Positions 9,011-19,132 of a stretch of DNA of 64,000 nt are shown here, in pieces. The notes beneath the pieces are model-generated. The model was given only the letters and a program-made list of their open reading frames with translations. It ran no database searches and had not been told where the DNA came from. Each line of letters opens with the position of its first letter. Within the stretch, counting starts at the first letter, position 1. Source of the DNA: a virus (lineage: Duplodnaviria > Heunggongvirae > Uroviricota > Caudoviricetes). The stretch lies in IMG/VR virus record IMGVR_UViG_3300029456_000117; one strand, written 5' to 3'. The translations under genes and the position numbers were made by a program.

Positions 9011-12000
9011 TTACGCTCCTTGGAAGCTGTAACCGTTCGCATTACGCTGTGTGGTTACTGCATCCGTTACTGTCTTGCCGCCAATCTCAACAATCGTCTG
9101 TTCTTTCTTGTCGGCCTGTGTCTTTGTGTTTCTTGAAATATCATTCACAGCGGTTGTGATACCCAGATCATCTAGGGCCTCTTTTATAGCGTCTTTCAGG
9201 CCGCCGCCGGAATTGAGGGTAGCCTGTACAGTTCCTCGTGTGGAAACCTCTCTCGTAACTCTCTGCACAATGGCTTCATTCGTGAAATCACTGCCGTAGT
9301 TGTTCTGGTAATCTTTCAATGCAGCATTGTCGATTTTCAGACGTGTGCCGAGGTTCACTTCCATGTTTGAGAACGAATCCGTCCAGGATGTTACAAATCC
9401 TTTTGTTTTCGCTCCCTCTTTTTCGATTCCCTCGTTATATCCCTCTACGGAATACACACCTAACTGCCGGAATACCCTTGACGGAGAGTTTATATCCAAC
9501 TTGTCCTTGAACCATGAGATAATACTGCTGCCCCATGATTCAATGTTGTTCTTGCAGGTGGAATACAGATTTCCTATACCGTTCTTAAAACCATCTACCA
9601 CATTTTTTGCAATGTCATACCACTTGTCATAAGAACAGGTATTTGTGAACCACGTTTTTACATTAGAAGCCCATGTTGTAATGTTGCTCTTACAAGTCGT
9701 ATAGCTGTTTCCGATTTTCGTTTTGAAGCCGGAAATAATATTCTCTGCATAGGTGCTCCACTTAGAGCTATTGATGCCTCCAAAACCACTATCAGAGAAC
9801 CATGTTTTGAGGTTTGACGCCCATGTTGTGATATTACTTTTCGTATCTGTGTATGACAGTCCGATTTTGTTTCTGAAACCAGTTATGATATTTCCTGCAT
9901 AAGTGGTCCATGTGGCATTGTTGATATTTCCGAATGAAGATCCAGAAAACCAATCTTTCAGGCTACTCGCCCAAGTAGTAATGTTGTTCTTTGTGGTGGT
10001 ATAGGTGTTTCCAACCTTTTCCCGGAAGCCGGAAATGATATTGTTTGCGTAGGTCTGCCAAGTATTGCTATTGATGTTTCCAAAGCCGCTGCTCGTATAC
10101 CATTCCTTAACTTTGCTCGCCCAGGTTGTGATGTTATCTTTTGTGGTGGTGTATGTGTTACCCACCTTTGTTTTGAAACCAGTGATAATATCATTTGCGT
10201 AGGTGGTCCATGTACCGTTATTCACTCCGCCGAATGAAGAACTATTAAACCATTCCTTTGCCTTTGAGGCCCATGTGGTAATGTTGTCCTTGGTCTGTGT
10301 ATAGGCATTTCCCACCTTTGTCTTGAAACCGGAGATAATGTCATTTGCATATCCGGTCCATGTTTCCATGTTGACTCCACCAAATGATGAATTGTTGAAC
10401 CACTCTTTGGCCTTAGTAGCCCAAGTCGTGATGCTGTCTTTTGTGGTGGTGTAAGCATTGCCTATCTTGTCCTTGAAGCCGGTTATGATGTTCTGACCGT
10501 GAGTCTCCCAAGTCTCTTTGCAAATCTTTCCAAAGTTCGTACCTGAGAACCAGTCATTGATCTTTTCAGCCCACTCCGTAACTTTTGCTTGACAGTCTGA
10601 GAATTTCTTCCCGATGCCTCCATTGAAAGCAGTGACAAGATTGCTTCCAAGTGTGCTGAATACGGTTGAATCGGATGAACCACCTATGCCAAATATTCCT
10701 TTGACAACATCCGTCACATTTCCGAAACAACTCAACGCTGTCTGCAATGGTGCTGGCAAAAGGGATTTAGATATTCCACCAAGCAAACCACTGACTATTT
10801 TCTCTCCGACAGTATTTATTTCTCCATCATCAGACCCAATTCCGAACTTCTTTGATATTCCCTCAACAACGCTTGTTTTCAGTTCGTTCCAAATGGCGGT
10901 CCATGATACCCATTTGAACAAATTCTTGAACGTCCACTTGGCTGCAAATACCTTAAATACTGTTTTGAGAATTGTGTCCCAGTCAATCTCGGACATTGCC
11001 GTTCCTACGCCCTTTAGAAGTTCGTACCAATCTACCTCATCTATCAAAGTGTTAATCAGTGTGCATACACCAGTGATGAGGGAATTGATTGTACCTCCTG
11101 CATCTTTCCAGTTGATGGTTTTTACGGCTTTGTTAATTGCACTCGCAAAGTCACTACCGATTTTCTTGAAATCAATCTTTGCAAGGAATTTTCCAATACC
11201 ACTGAAAAGTGTCTTGATACTGTTTCCGAGCGTCGTTCCGACAAGTTCCCAGTCAATGTTTGTGATTGCCGTATTGAGGTTTGAACCAAGTCCAGAACAG
11301 AAACTATCGAAGCCGTCCTTAACTGTTTTCCAGTCGATGTTTTTCAGTGCCGTATTGACACCGCTTGCAAAGTTCTTTGCGATGTCCGTCCACGGAAATG
11401 TCTTTGAGAAATTCAGTACGGCGGTAAATACCCCATTCACGAAACCGGCAAATGTTTCTCCGATTCCGTCATAATCAATTCCGGCGATCGCATTGCCGAG
11501 AAGATTTCCGATTGCAGTTCCAAGTGAAGCCCAGTCCAACCCTTTGACAAATGTTTTTGCAAAAGTGATTGCTGAGTTTATCGTATTGGAAATTGCAGTG
11601 CCGATTTTCTTCCAAAGGTCCTCTGTCTGCAGGGCAGCGTTGATTGCATCAACAATGCCTTGTGCCAACCCCTTTGCAGTCTTATTTATCAGAGTCCAAT
11701 CCAGAGTATCTAATGCGCCTATGATAAGGTTTGCAATGGCTGTTCCAAGACTGCTCCAGTGGAAGTTCTCAACGAATGAATCAACAAACTCAAACGCTGA
11801 GTTGATTGCCTGCGCTATGGTTACTCCGATTTCTGTAAATAATCCCGGGGTTTCAAGGAAACCATTCAGGAATGTGGCGATACTCTTGGCGATCTTTCTC
11901 AGTGTTGCCTTAATTCCATCCCACGGAATGTTTTCGAGAGCTTCTTTTAGCTTCTCTCCGAACATTCTTCCTATCTCTGTGAAATCAGCATCCGCCCATG

Positions 12001-13696
12001 CGTCCTTAACCATTTCCGCAAGGTCTTTGTACTTATCAGCTACCGCATCTGTCTCATATCCGCTTCCATCAGCTCCGCTGTTGCTGCCGCTGCCGCTTTT
12101 ATCGTCACTCAGGATATTAAGCTCATCTATGCCGGTGGTAAGGTTCTTTGCCGCCTTTGCTGCGCTATTTAAGGAATCTGTATAATCTTTGTTCTGTCGT
12201 ATTGCCTTGGTGTAGAACTTCTTGCCTGTAAGTGCTGAGAAGAACTGTGCCAACGCGTTTGTTGCTGCAACGAGCTTCTGAATCAGATAATCCAGAATTG
12301 GAGTAACCACATTCAGGATTGGTTCAAATGCAGTTGTCAGTGATGCTCCAAGCTGACGTAAATCGTTATAAAGAAGATTTACGTTTTTGTGAAACTCTGT
12401 TCCGGCTCTTTTTGAATAAATAACAAGGTTGTCGAATCCTGTTTTTACGAGTTCAAATAGGTGTGTAAACATTGAGCGCAGTAACATGAATGTTCCAAGT
12501 CGGAGGATGGAACCCAGTTTCTTTGCAAACGCTCCACTCTGTTTTTCAGAAAAACCAAGACTCTCTCTGACACGCTTTTTGAGTTCCTTGAATTTGTTTA
12601 TAATTGCAGCAATCCCAGAACGGATTTTATTCACTACCGTTTTCACGGCAGAAATTATTTTTTGCACCTCATTCTTTACGGCATTTGCTACCTGTCTTAC
12701 GGCATTGATAATGGCAGTGAGTATTGTCAGTATGATACCGATAATAGGAATTGCCGACTGTACTGCTTCCAATCCAACTGCCATAGACTGGAATCCGGCA
12801 TTTGCCGCCATGCCCCCGGTTTCAATAGCTGGAAGAATTGATGCAATTCCACTTAATATAGAAGAAAAAGTTCCAAGTCCGCATTTCTGTGCGGCATCCC
12901 CTATGGACTTAATGGACTTTGCCACATCCTCCATATTCTTAGGAGACTGTGAAACTGTTTCCTTGAACTGCTTAAACTGTTCCTGAGCCTGTCTGAGACC
13001 ATTCACAGCTTCCTCATACTGACCGGTATCAAACCGTATCTTCCCACTCTCCATACCGCTAACAGTGGCTTTGTACTTATTGATCTGGTCTATGAGTTCC
13101 TGAATACGTCTATTAGCCGGATTTGTGTTTGCCTGATTGAGACTTTCGTTTAAGTTTGTCTGTCCGGCTGCTGCACTCTGCCCGGCGGTTCCGAGGTTAT
13201 TTTCCTCCTGCGCCAACTGACTTGCCGCTGATGCAGCACTGTTCATTGCTGCCTGTGCCTCTTCTGATGCAGTCGCAACGCTTTCTGTGGCTGCTGCTGC
13301 TTGCTGACCGTTCTCCAAAGGCTGTACACGTCTCTGTGCGCCCTCAGAATCAATTCTGATGCTGACACGGTTATTTGATCCGAGGTTTCCAAGTGCTGTG
13401 CTGACTTCCTTTACGGTAGCCGCAACCTCTTTCAGTTTTGCCGTATCAACTCCTGCCAGAGACTTAATGGATGATGCAATGCTTCTCATACCACTTCCGG
13501 CATTTTTAAGATCATCTCCAACGCCGGAGAAACCACGCATTACATCAAGAATCTGTTTTAACTTTTCTGTATCTAATCCCTCAGTGATTTTCTTCATTGA
13601 GGCAAGAGCTTTTGTTACTTTATCAATACCACCGTCTGCCTTATCAGTGGTGGCTTCTATTTCCAATAAAATGCTATCTACTCTGTTATCAGGCAT
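9011..13696 (-). CDS. tail tape measure protein
   Basis: 1561 aa with N-terminal coiled coil, hydrophobic segments and a tandem repeat block. It lies downstream of the G/GT chaperone pair and the major tail protein. Confidence 0.85.
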   Translation of the reverse strand: MPDNRVDSILLEIEATTDKADGGIDKVTKALASMKKITEGLDTEKLKQILDVMRGFSGVGDDLKNAGSGMRSIASSIKSLAGVDTAKLKEVAATVKEVSTALGNLGSNNRVSIRIDSEGAQRRVQPLENGQQAAAATESVATASEEAQAAMNSAASAASQLAQEENNLGTAGQSAAAGQTNLNESLNQANTNPANRRIQELIDQINKYKATVSGMESGKIRFDTGQYEEAVNGLRQAQEQFKQFKETVSQSPKNMEDVAKSIKSIGDAAQKCGLGTFSSILSGIASILPAIETGGMAANAGFQSMAVGLEAVQSAIPIIGIILTILTAIINAVRQVANAVKNEVQKIISAVKTVVNKIRSGIAAIINKFKELKKRVRESLGFSEKQSGAFAKKLGSILRLGTFMLLRSMFTHLFELVKTGFDNLVIYSKRAGTEFHKNVNLLYNDLRQLGASLTTAFEPILNVVTPILDYLIQKLVAATNALAQFFSALTGKKFYTKAIRQNKDYTDSLNSAAKAAKNLTTGIDELNILSDDKSGSGSNSGADGSGYETDAVADKYKDLAEMVKDAWADADFTEIGRMFGEKLKEALENIPWDGIKATLRKIAKSIATFLNGFLETPGLFTEIGVTIAQAINSAFEFVDSFVENFHWSSLGTAIANLIIGALDTLDWTLINKTAKGLAQGIVDAINAALQTEDLWKKIGTAISNTINSAITFAKTFVKGLDWASLGTAIGNLLGNAIAGIDYDGIGETFAGFVNGVFTAVLNFSKTFPWTDIAKNFASGVNTALKNIDWKTVKDGFDSFCSGLGSNLNTAITNIDWELVGTTLGNSIKTLFSGIGKFLAKIDFKKIGSDFASAINKAVKTINWKDAGGTINSLITGVCTLINTLIDEVDWYELLKGVGTAMSEIDWDTILKTVFKVFAAKWTFKNLFKWVSWTAIWNELKTSVVEGISKKFGIGSDDGEINTVGEKIVSGLLGGISKSLLPAPLQTALSCFGNVTDVVKGIFGIGGSSDSTVFSTLGSNLVTAFNGGIGKKFSDCQAKVTEWAEKINDWFSGTNFGKICKETWETHGQNIITGFKDKIGNAYTTTKDSITTWATKAKEWFNNSSFGGVNMETWTGYANDIISGFKTKVGNAYTQTKDNITTWASKAKEWFNSSSFGGVNNGTWTTYANDIITGFKTKVGNTYTTTKDNITTWASKVKEWYTSSGFGNINSNTWQTYANNIISGFREKVGNTYTTTKNNITTWASSLKDWFSGSSFGNINNATWTTYAGNIITGFRNKIGLSYTDTKSNITTWASNLKTWFSDSGFGGINSSKWSTYAENIISGFKTKIGNSYTTCKSNITTWASNVKTWFTNTCSYDKWYDIAKNVVDGFKNGIGNLYSTCKNNIESWGSSIISWFKDKLDINSPSRVFRQLGVYSVEGYNEGIEKEGAKTKGFVTSWTDSFSNMEVNLGTRLKIDNAALKDYQNNYGSDFTNEAIVQRVTREVSTRGTVQATLNSGGGLKDAIKEALDDLGITTAVNDISRNTKTQADKKEQTIVEIGGKTVTDAVTTQRNANGYSFQGA
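9520..10720 (-). repeat. about 7-8 tandem 150-bp (50-aa) repeats within the tape measure gene
   Basis: Repeated protein unit ITTWASKAKEWFNSSSFGGVNNGTWTTYANDIITGFKTKVGNTYTTTKDN with a matching periodic DNA pattern (cccaNgtNgtRatgYtg...). Coordinates are approximate. Confidence 0.6.
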
Positions 13697-13821
13697 TTTG
13701 CCACCTCACTTCGTAAAACCCTGTCCGTGGGTGGTATTGTTTGTCCGTAAAATAAGAAAACATGGGGAACTGCGCCGGACTTGCGCTGTTTCGGTTCGTC
13801 AACCTATCCCCATGTAATCAG

Positions 13822-14230
13822 CTACTTTTCTCTTCGCTGTCTCAATCGCTTATTATGTTCTGCGGCAAAGGCAGCGAATCTGTCTGCATCCGTCATTTTT
13901 GCTCCCGGCGGTGCGTCCTCTGTGCTGTTCATGCTTCTTGGTTGGCTTGGGTATGCCGGAGCATTTCTGCCAAGGAAGATTGCCATGGCATCTACGACAT
14001 ACGAACCAACGGACCACGCCAACGTATCTAAGGCTGTGGCCTGTTCTTTCGCTTCCATTTCTCTCTTCTTTTGGAATGGCTCTAATTTCGTAGGGTTTAA
14101 TGTCCAAAAGGTCTCATAGGAAACTCCATAAAGGAGAGCGTTGGGAAGCCAAACTTTATTGATAATCTCTGTAAATGTTTTGTATTTACTGAGATCTATT
14201 TCCTCTACTCTGTTGCCGCCTTGGTTTTCT
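13822..14230 (-). CDS. T-extension ORF of the tail assembly chaperone (-1 frame relative to G)
   Basis: The frame is open continuously from about 14230 to the stop at 13822. It overlaps the end of the G ORF in the -1 frame. The candidate slippery region is GGAGGAAAGAAAACC at about 14210-14225. Confidence 0.4.
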
Positions 14231-14558
14231 TTCCTCCGCTCTTCGGAGGTTCCTCGGCTTCCTCGCCAAAACCCGCGGTTTTCATTGCCTCCGTAAAGGC
14301 TTCCATGACTTCATCCATGGAACCACCGTACTTCAAATGTTCGCTCAGTATCTTTCCGGCTTTTGTGAGATCCTTTGTGCCGGTAAGGACTGCGATGATC
14401 GCTCTGATTGTCTTAAAAATCTTCATGTTCTCTCTGGTATCATCATCCAGAAGTCCCATTACATCTACATCGTGATCTTCCAGATCACACATAAGGTTTG
14501 TAAAATCGAGATCTGCTACTTTAATCTCTTTAGGTCCATTCGCTGTCTGTAAAATCAT
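14205..14558 (-). CDS. tail assembly chaperone (gpG-like)
   Basis: 117-aa acidic protein immediately upstream of the tape measure, followed by a -1 frame ORF. This is the conserved G/GT arrangement. Confidence 0.55.
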   Translation of the reverse strand: MILQTANGPKEIKVADLDFTNLMCDLEDHDVDVMGLLDDDTRENMKIFKTIRAIIAVLTGTKDLTKAGKILSEHLKYGGSMDEVMEAFTEAMKTAGFGEEAEEPPKSGGKKTKAATE

Positions 14559-14634
14559 ACTTATTAACCGTCCTTTCGTTAATCTGTCCTATTTGTACGG
14601 CAGAGGATTATTCCCCTGCCGCTGCTTCACTTTT

Positions 14635-15054
14635 TCACGCTGTTACATAACGAAGAGCCTCTTCGCCCTCATCAGTAATGGAGAATGACATTTCTCTCGC
14701 ATTGTTGGAAGATCCGCTTGTCGGATATACTGCCATAACACCGGCCCACTCCCATTTGCCGTCAACACCCTCTTCTCCAAACCATAACTGGTATTTATCA
14801 ACTTTTCCTGCTTCCTGCAGATCCAAGAGTTTCTTGTAATCAGCTTTCTCATACCATGCTTTGAAAGCAAGATCCCCTGTGTCCTCGATACCGTTAATGG
14901 TTCTTTTCTTCGTATCGGAAAGTGTTGTAACATCGAGTTTTTCCTTTTCTCCACCGAGATCCGGGTACTCAGTAATATCGATCAACTTCTCAAATGTTCC
15001 GGGAGCATCTGCTTTCTCGTGCATGAGATATGTCACATTTGTACATTTTGCCAT
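14635..15054 (-). CDS. major tail protein
   Basis: The likely start is the internal Met (MAKCTNVTYLMHEK). About 139 aa, positioned upstream of the chaperones. Confidence 0.55.
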   Translation of the reverse strand: MAKCTNVTYLMHEKADAPGTFEKLIDITEYPDLGGEKEKLDVTTLSDTKKRTINGIEDTGDLAFKAWYEKADYKKLLDLQEAGKVDKYQLWFGEEGVDGKWEWAGVMAVYPTSGSSNNAREMSFSITDEGEEALRYVTA

Positions 15055-15172
15055 CTTCGTTCTACCTCCTTGTGTTTTCCTTTGCCTAAGAGGTAAAGCC
15101 TTGAATTTATTAAAACCACCGGCAGACACCAGGCGAGTGCTTTTCGGGAGCGACCCTAGCCGATGGAGTTAA

Positions 15173-15541
15173 TCATGTTTCCAGTTTTGAGAATCGGGTA
15201 AGGAATTGTGAAATGGAAGTATCGCTTACATTCTCCACAGGGGAGAAGTAGTCGCAATGAAATCCAATCCCTACCATATATTCCCTTGCGGAATTTGCTA
15301 ACTTCCGCACTTCTGAGGCGGATTTGTTTGAATAGAATTTGACTTCCAATCCAAGATTGATACCGTCCTCTGTATTTGAAAGTGTGGATAACGCTCCGTC
15401 TCCGCCTATCTGTTTGAAATACATATAGGGGAATGACGGTGGTGTAGCTTTATACACCTGTCCTCCTTTCAAACTGCTGTATTGTTTCTGCAAGTCTTTC
15501 AGGAGGTTCGTAAAATACAAATTCACATTGTCCTTAACCAT
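15173..15541 (-). CDS. tail completion or head-tail joining protein
   Basis: 122-aa ORF in the connector region. Confidence 0.35.
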   Translation of the reverse strand: MVKDNVNLYFTNLLKDLQKQYSSLKGGQVYKATPPSFPYMYFKQIGGDGALSTLSNTEDGINLGLEVKFYSNKSASEVRKLANSAREYMVGIGFHCDYFSPVENVSDTSISQFLTRFSKLET

Positions 15542-16046
15542 CCTTGAATACCTCGCTTGCTATTTTTTGTGCTTCTTTCCTCAGATATTGTGCCGTCTCA
15601 TACATGAATGGTCTTGACGGCATACCCTCTGTAAATCGCCATGTGCCATCATCAGCCGGATAATACCAACCCTCTCTGCCGTCTTTCGTGGTAAAGATTG
15701 TTGCACCGGAATTGTACGCCCAGTTCATTATTGCCTTGTACTCTTCGCTTGGGTGGGAACTGTCCCTACCCTTTACTCCAGTACCGAACTCAATGTACTT
15801 GCAATACCCTCCGGCACTTATGATTCCAACTCCCTCTGCCTCATCCAGATAACCGATAATGGAAGATCTTGCTGTACCGGTATCAACCGGAACTAGCTCC
15901 TGTGCCTTTTCAACTCCAAGGTCTGTAAGTCTCTGTATAAGTTTCTCTGCGCATTTGTGTATACGCTCTTTCCGCTTTTCCAGTTTCTTAATGGCCTCAT
16001 CTATGCTGTCCGGGTCAAAGGGATTGATCGTTATTTTGTCCTGCAT
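15534..16046 (-). CDS. HK97 gp10-like tail component
   Basis: Likely start at the internal Met (MQDKITINPFDP...). The longer ORF 15534-16169 overlaps the upstream gene. Confidence 0.4.
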   Translation of the reverse strand: MQDKITINPFDPDSIDEAIKKLEKRKERIHKCAEKLIQRLTDLGVEKAQELVPVDTGTARSSIIGYLDEAEGVGIISAGGYCKYIEFGTGVKGRDSSHPSEEYKAIMNWAYNSGATIFTTKDGREGWYYPADDGTWRFTEGMPSRPFMYETAQYLRKEAQKIASEVFKDG

Positions 16047-16446
16047 GGATATTCCCCTTAATCTTCCGTATCGCCCATAGATTCTGTTGCAAATCATGTT
16101 TCGGGCAGACACATATATAATCTGGTTCCGTGTCCGTGGACCCGTCCTCATTGAGAACAGGAACCACATCTATGAAGAGTTTTGAGTATTCATCAATCGG
16201 CAATTTCTGTACGGTTGATATGGTCTTGTCATAGACAATATCTTTACCAAACGGAGAATCCTCTGCATTTCCTGAGTTCGGACTTACTCTCGCAAGCACA
16301 CGAACCGGATTTGAATACTTCGGTATGCTCTCCCCAGTAAGGTTGCCATCCTCATCCACTTCGTCTACCGTTCCGTCATAGGTCTGGTAATAAAAGGGGA
16401 CTTGGTTCAATCTGAGGTCTTTAAGTCTCAGCTTAGGCATTGCCAT
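16015..16446 (-). CDS. head closure/connector protein
   Basis: 143-aa ORF in the head-tail connector cluster. Confidence 0.4.
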   Translation of the reverse strand: MAMPKLRLKDLRLNQVPFYYQTYDGTVDEVDEDGNLTGESIPKYSNPVRVLARVSPNSGNAEDSPFGKDIVYDKTISTVQKLPIDEYSKLFIDVVPVLNEDGSTDTEPDYICVCPKHDLQQNLWAIRKIKGNIHAGQNNDQSL

Positions 16447-16786
16447 CCCTCCTTAACAGACCGACATAGGTTTTGGGTGGAATCTTCGCCAAGGCCAACT
16501 CAATATCTTTCTTACCTGTCTGTCCCCAGTTCCTGGTAACTCCAAGTTCTGTGTGAGATACAAGTCCACCCCTCGCATCGTCAGAGTTTATGGCTTTTGC
16601 CAAATCATAGATTTCAAACTCATACCGGTTATAAAACCTCTCCAACTCTGCCTCTGTCGGAATATCATCATCCGCCCAAAAGTGTTGATTTGCAGCCTGT
16701 TTCTGAGCTTTCACAAGGAGGACGGCAATCTGTTCGTCAGTGAGAGTTTCATCATCTAAGATGACTTTCAACAATTTAGCGTCCAT
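16433..16786 (-). CDS. head-tail adaptor (gp6-like)
   Basis: 117-aa acidic protein immediately downstream of the capsid gene. Confidence 0.4.
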   Translation of the reverse strand: MDAKLLKVILDDETLTDEQIAVLLVKAQKQAANQHFWADDDIPTEAELERFYNRYEFEIYDLAKAINSDDARGGLVSHTELGVTRNWGQTGKKDIELALAKIPPKTYVGLLRRDGNA

Positions 16787-17036
16787 AATCCGTCCTCACT
16801 TTCTTACCCTTGCTGAGTTAAAAACTCTGCGATCAGCTTTGCTTTTACGGTTTCTTTCATGTCATACCCACGTTCCGTTGCGATAGCCTTAATCTGTGCC
16901 ACTGTCAGAGCATTAAGTTCTTCCTCTGTATACTTCTTTGTGACATCAGTAACCGTCTCTTCTGTGCTCGCATCTGATGATGTGGAAACAGAAGAATCGG
17001 CTACGATACGGGAACCACCGTCAAGGGTATGACCTG

Positions 17037-18020
17037 TTATTCCCCCGGTTTTGTGGTTGCTGTCAGTTTGCTCGGAAGATCTGTGGAAATATTTGTGAAC
17101 TTAGCACTCATCCACTCAGGACCGTGATCCAAACCAATCTGTCCGAAAATCTGATATGTTTCTCCTGCACCAGTCTTTGCAAGCTGCTCCAGGAAGAAAT
17201 TGCCCTTGCCAGGAACCATCTGATGAACCGGAGCCATGATGGACGGATCGAACAGAACGGCTGTGCCGGTAGGCATAGTATCAAACAAAGCAACTGCCAC
17301 TTCTCCAAGAGGGGTAACTACTGTCTGTAATTTGATACCGTTCACTTCTCTTCCAAGGGGAACGATTGTAAGGTTGTTCTGCTGCGCATCAAGGTTAAGC
17401 TGCAACATTGTAGTTGCATCAACTCCGAGAACAATGTTGTCTGTCTTTGCGCCCTGATCGTGGATGGACTTTAATCCCTCTGCTACAAGCCAGTATGTGA
17501 GAGGCTTTTTAGCAAGATCAAGTACGTTGGTTGTGATAGCTGTCAGAAGTCCTCTTGTTTTATTGGCCTCTGCATCAGTAGTTGCCTTTGCGTACTTTCC
17601 GTTGATGAATGTGTACTCAATATCCTGTGCGATCTTTGCCATTCTACGAGAAACCTGAAATGCAAGCTCGTCCATAGGGTTTGCCTGCTGACCGGCCACA
17701 TTGATACCCTGCAGTGTACCCATGTTACTCTGCTTTCCGTAAGAAATCGCAACGGATTTCTGGAAGATCTGAGTTACATTGGTAAGCTGGCTTCTAGTTA
17801 CCATTTCCGGCTGTGGTGCAGTAAGGGATGCTGTTTCAGAAATCTCCGGCTGTTCGCCTGTTTCTGTGTTGTACTCCTGACCGCAAGTAAACTCTACATG
17901 ATTGGTTACAAGAGGTCTTGCGCCAATCATAGTAGAGAACGGTGTTGCTGTCTGTCCTTTAGCGAATAACATTCCGCTAAAATTAGGAACAGCGAATGAT
18001 GTTGCTGTGCCCTGTGCCAT
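17037..18020 (-). CDS. major capsid protein (HK97 fold, separate scaffold)
   Basis: 327 aa, preceded by a scaffold gene and Mu-F/portal genes. Composition and position are typical of an MCP. Confidence 0.75.
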   Translation of the reverse strand: MAQGTATSFAVPNFSGMLFAKGQTATPFSTMIGARPLVTNHVEFTCGQEYNTETGEQPEISETASLTAPQPEMVTRSQLTNVTQIFQKSVAISYGKQSNMGTLQGINVAGQQANPMDELAFQVSRRMAKIAQDIEYTFINGKYAKATTDAEANKTRGLLTAITTNVLDLAKKPLTYWLVAEGLKSIHDQGAKTDNIVLGVDATTMLQLNLDAQQNNLTIVPLGREVNGIKLQTVVTPLGEVAVALFDTMPTGTAVLFDPSIMAPVHQMVPGKGNFFLEQLAKTGAGETYQIFGQIGLDHGPEWMSAKFTNISTDLPSKLTATTKPGE

Positions 18021-18041
18021 AATTCATTACCTCCTTTAGAT

Positions 18042-18716
18042 TTATGCCTGCTGATTGTTAGCGGCACTTTGACTTAATATTGCAAGAATCGCAGCCTGTG
18101 AATCGCCTGCGTCCATTGCCTGTTTAATCTGTGCTGAATAGTCAACCTGACCTACGTTTCCAGACTGTGGCGTAGGCATCTGAGCCAAATACTGAGCGCG
18201 GATTTCCGACTCTTTCTGTTTGTCTCTTTCCGCCATAAACTTAGTGATGTTTCCGGTAACAACATCCATGCTTCCCTCATACTCTGCTGTTGCCGTAGCC
18301 TTTGCCATTTCGGCCGGCATACCCATTCCTAAGTAACGCTCCGATGATTCCGCTACCGCTTTGAATTTTTCCAGTTCCTTGACATAAGCATCTCTCTGAG
18401 CCTGCTGTTCCGCTTTTGCCTCTGCCTCCTGCTCTTCGGCTGTCTGCTTAGCTCTAAGCTGTTTGCGAAGATTTCCCTCGGATGTACAAAGTTTGTCGTT
18501 ATCGGATTTCAGTTTCGCATTTGCCGCTTTCTCCTGTGCAAGCTGTGCCATAAGGCTCTCAACGGTTACTTCTCCGCCGGAGTTGTTTTCCTCATGCTTA
18601 TCTGTCTGAGGCTGTTGCTGTGTACCGGATGCCTGAGTGGGCTGATTCTGCGGTGCTGTCTGAGACTGCTGCTGTGTCTGGTTCTGAGTTGTTGTGCTGT
18701 TTACATCTGCCATAAT
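18042..18716 (-). CDS. scaffolding protein
   Basis: Q/T-rich low-complexity N-terminus followed by a long coiled coil (AKLKSDNDKL...), located between the MCP and minor head protein. The start is taken at MADVNSTTT within ORF 18042-18788. Confidence 0.55.
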   Translation of the reverse strand: MMADVNSTTTQNQTQQQSQTAPQNQPTQASGTQQQPQTDKHEENNSGGEVTVESLMAQLAQEKAANAKLKSDNDKLCTSEGNLRKQLRAKQTAEEQEAEAKAEQQAQRDAYVKELEKFKAVAESSERYLGMGMPAEMAKATATAEYEGSMDVVTGNITKFMAERDKQKESEIRAQYLAQMPTPQSGNVGQVDYSAQIKQAMDAGDSQAAILAILSQSAANNQQA

Positions 18717-18918
18717 TGACCTCCTGCGTTTGAACGGTTCTCTCCGTGTGAATTTCTGCGTTTTTTTACTTGCGTCTCTGCAAGACAATAGTTGTATGCG
18801 TTTGATGAGGGTTTTCTCTAACCCGTTATCTGAAAGGAATTACTCCCTCTGTAACCGAAAAAATGAGCCGGACACGATTTTCCATCACATCCGGCTCATA
18901 GGCTCTAACTGTATTCAG

Positions 18919-19113
18919 TTAGTTTTTCTTTGCTGCCTTTTTGGCAGTTGTTTTCTTGGTAGCAGTTTTCTTTGCTGTGGACTTCTTTGCTGCCGCTTTC
19001 TTATTGGCAGTTTTCTTGGCAGTATCTTTCTTTGAAACGGATTTCTTTGAAGCTGCTTTCTTCTTATCGTCCATCTTTTTCTTGTCTGCTGCTGTCTTTT
19101 TTGCAGTTGCCAT
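18919..19113 (-). CDS. lysine/alanine-rich histone-H1-like small basic protein
   Basis: 64 aa made almost entirely of KKTAAKK-type repeats (MATAKKTAADKKKMDDKKKAASKK...). Confidence 0.45.
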   Translation of the reverse strand: MATAKKTAADKKKMDDKKKAASKKSVSKKDTAKKTANKKAAAKKSTAKKTATKKTTAKKAAKKN

Positions 19114-19132
19114 TGGTTTTCTACCTCCTGAT

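Noticed and set aside
10614-12986. Long plus-strand ORFs (286, 230 and 185 aa) antisense to the tape measure gene
   Set aside because: They are low-complexity, Ser/Pro/Leu-rich mirror translations of a long minus-strand gene. The surrounding operon is uniformly on the minus strand.
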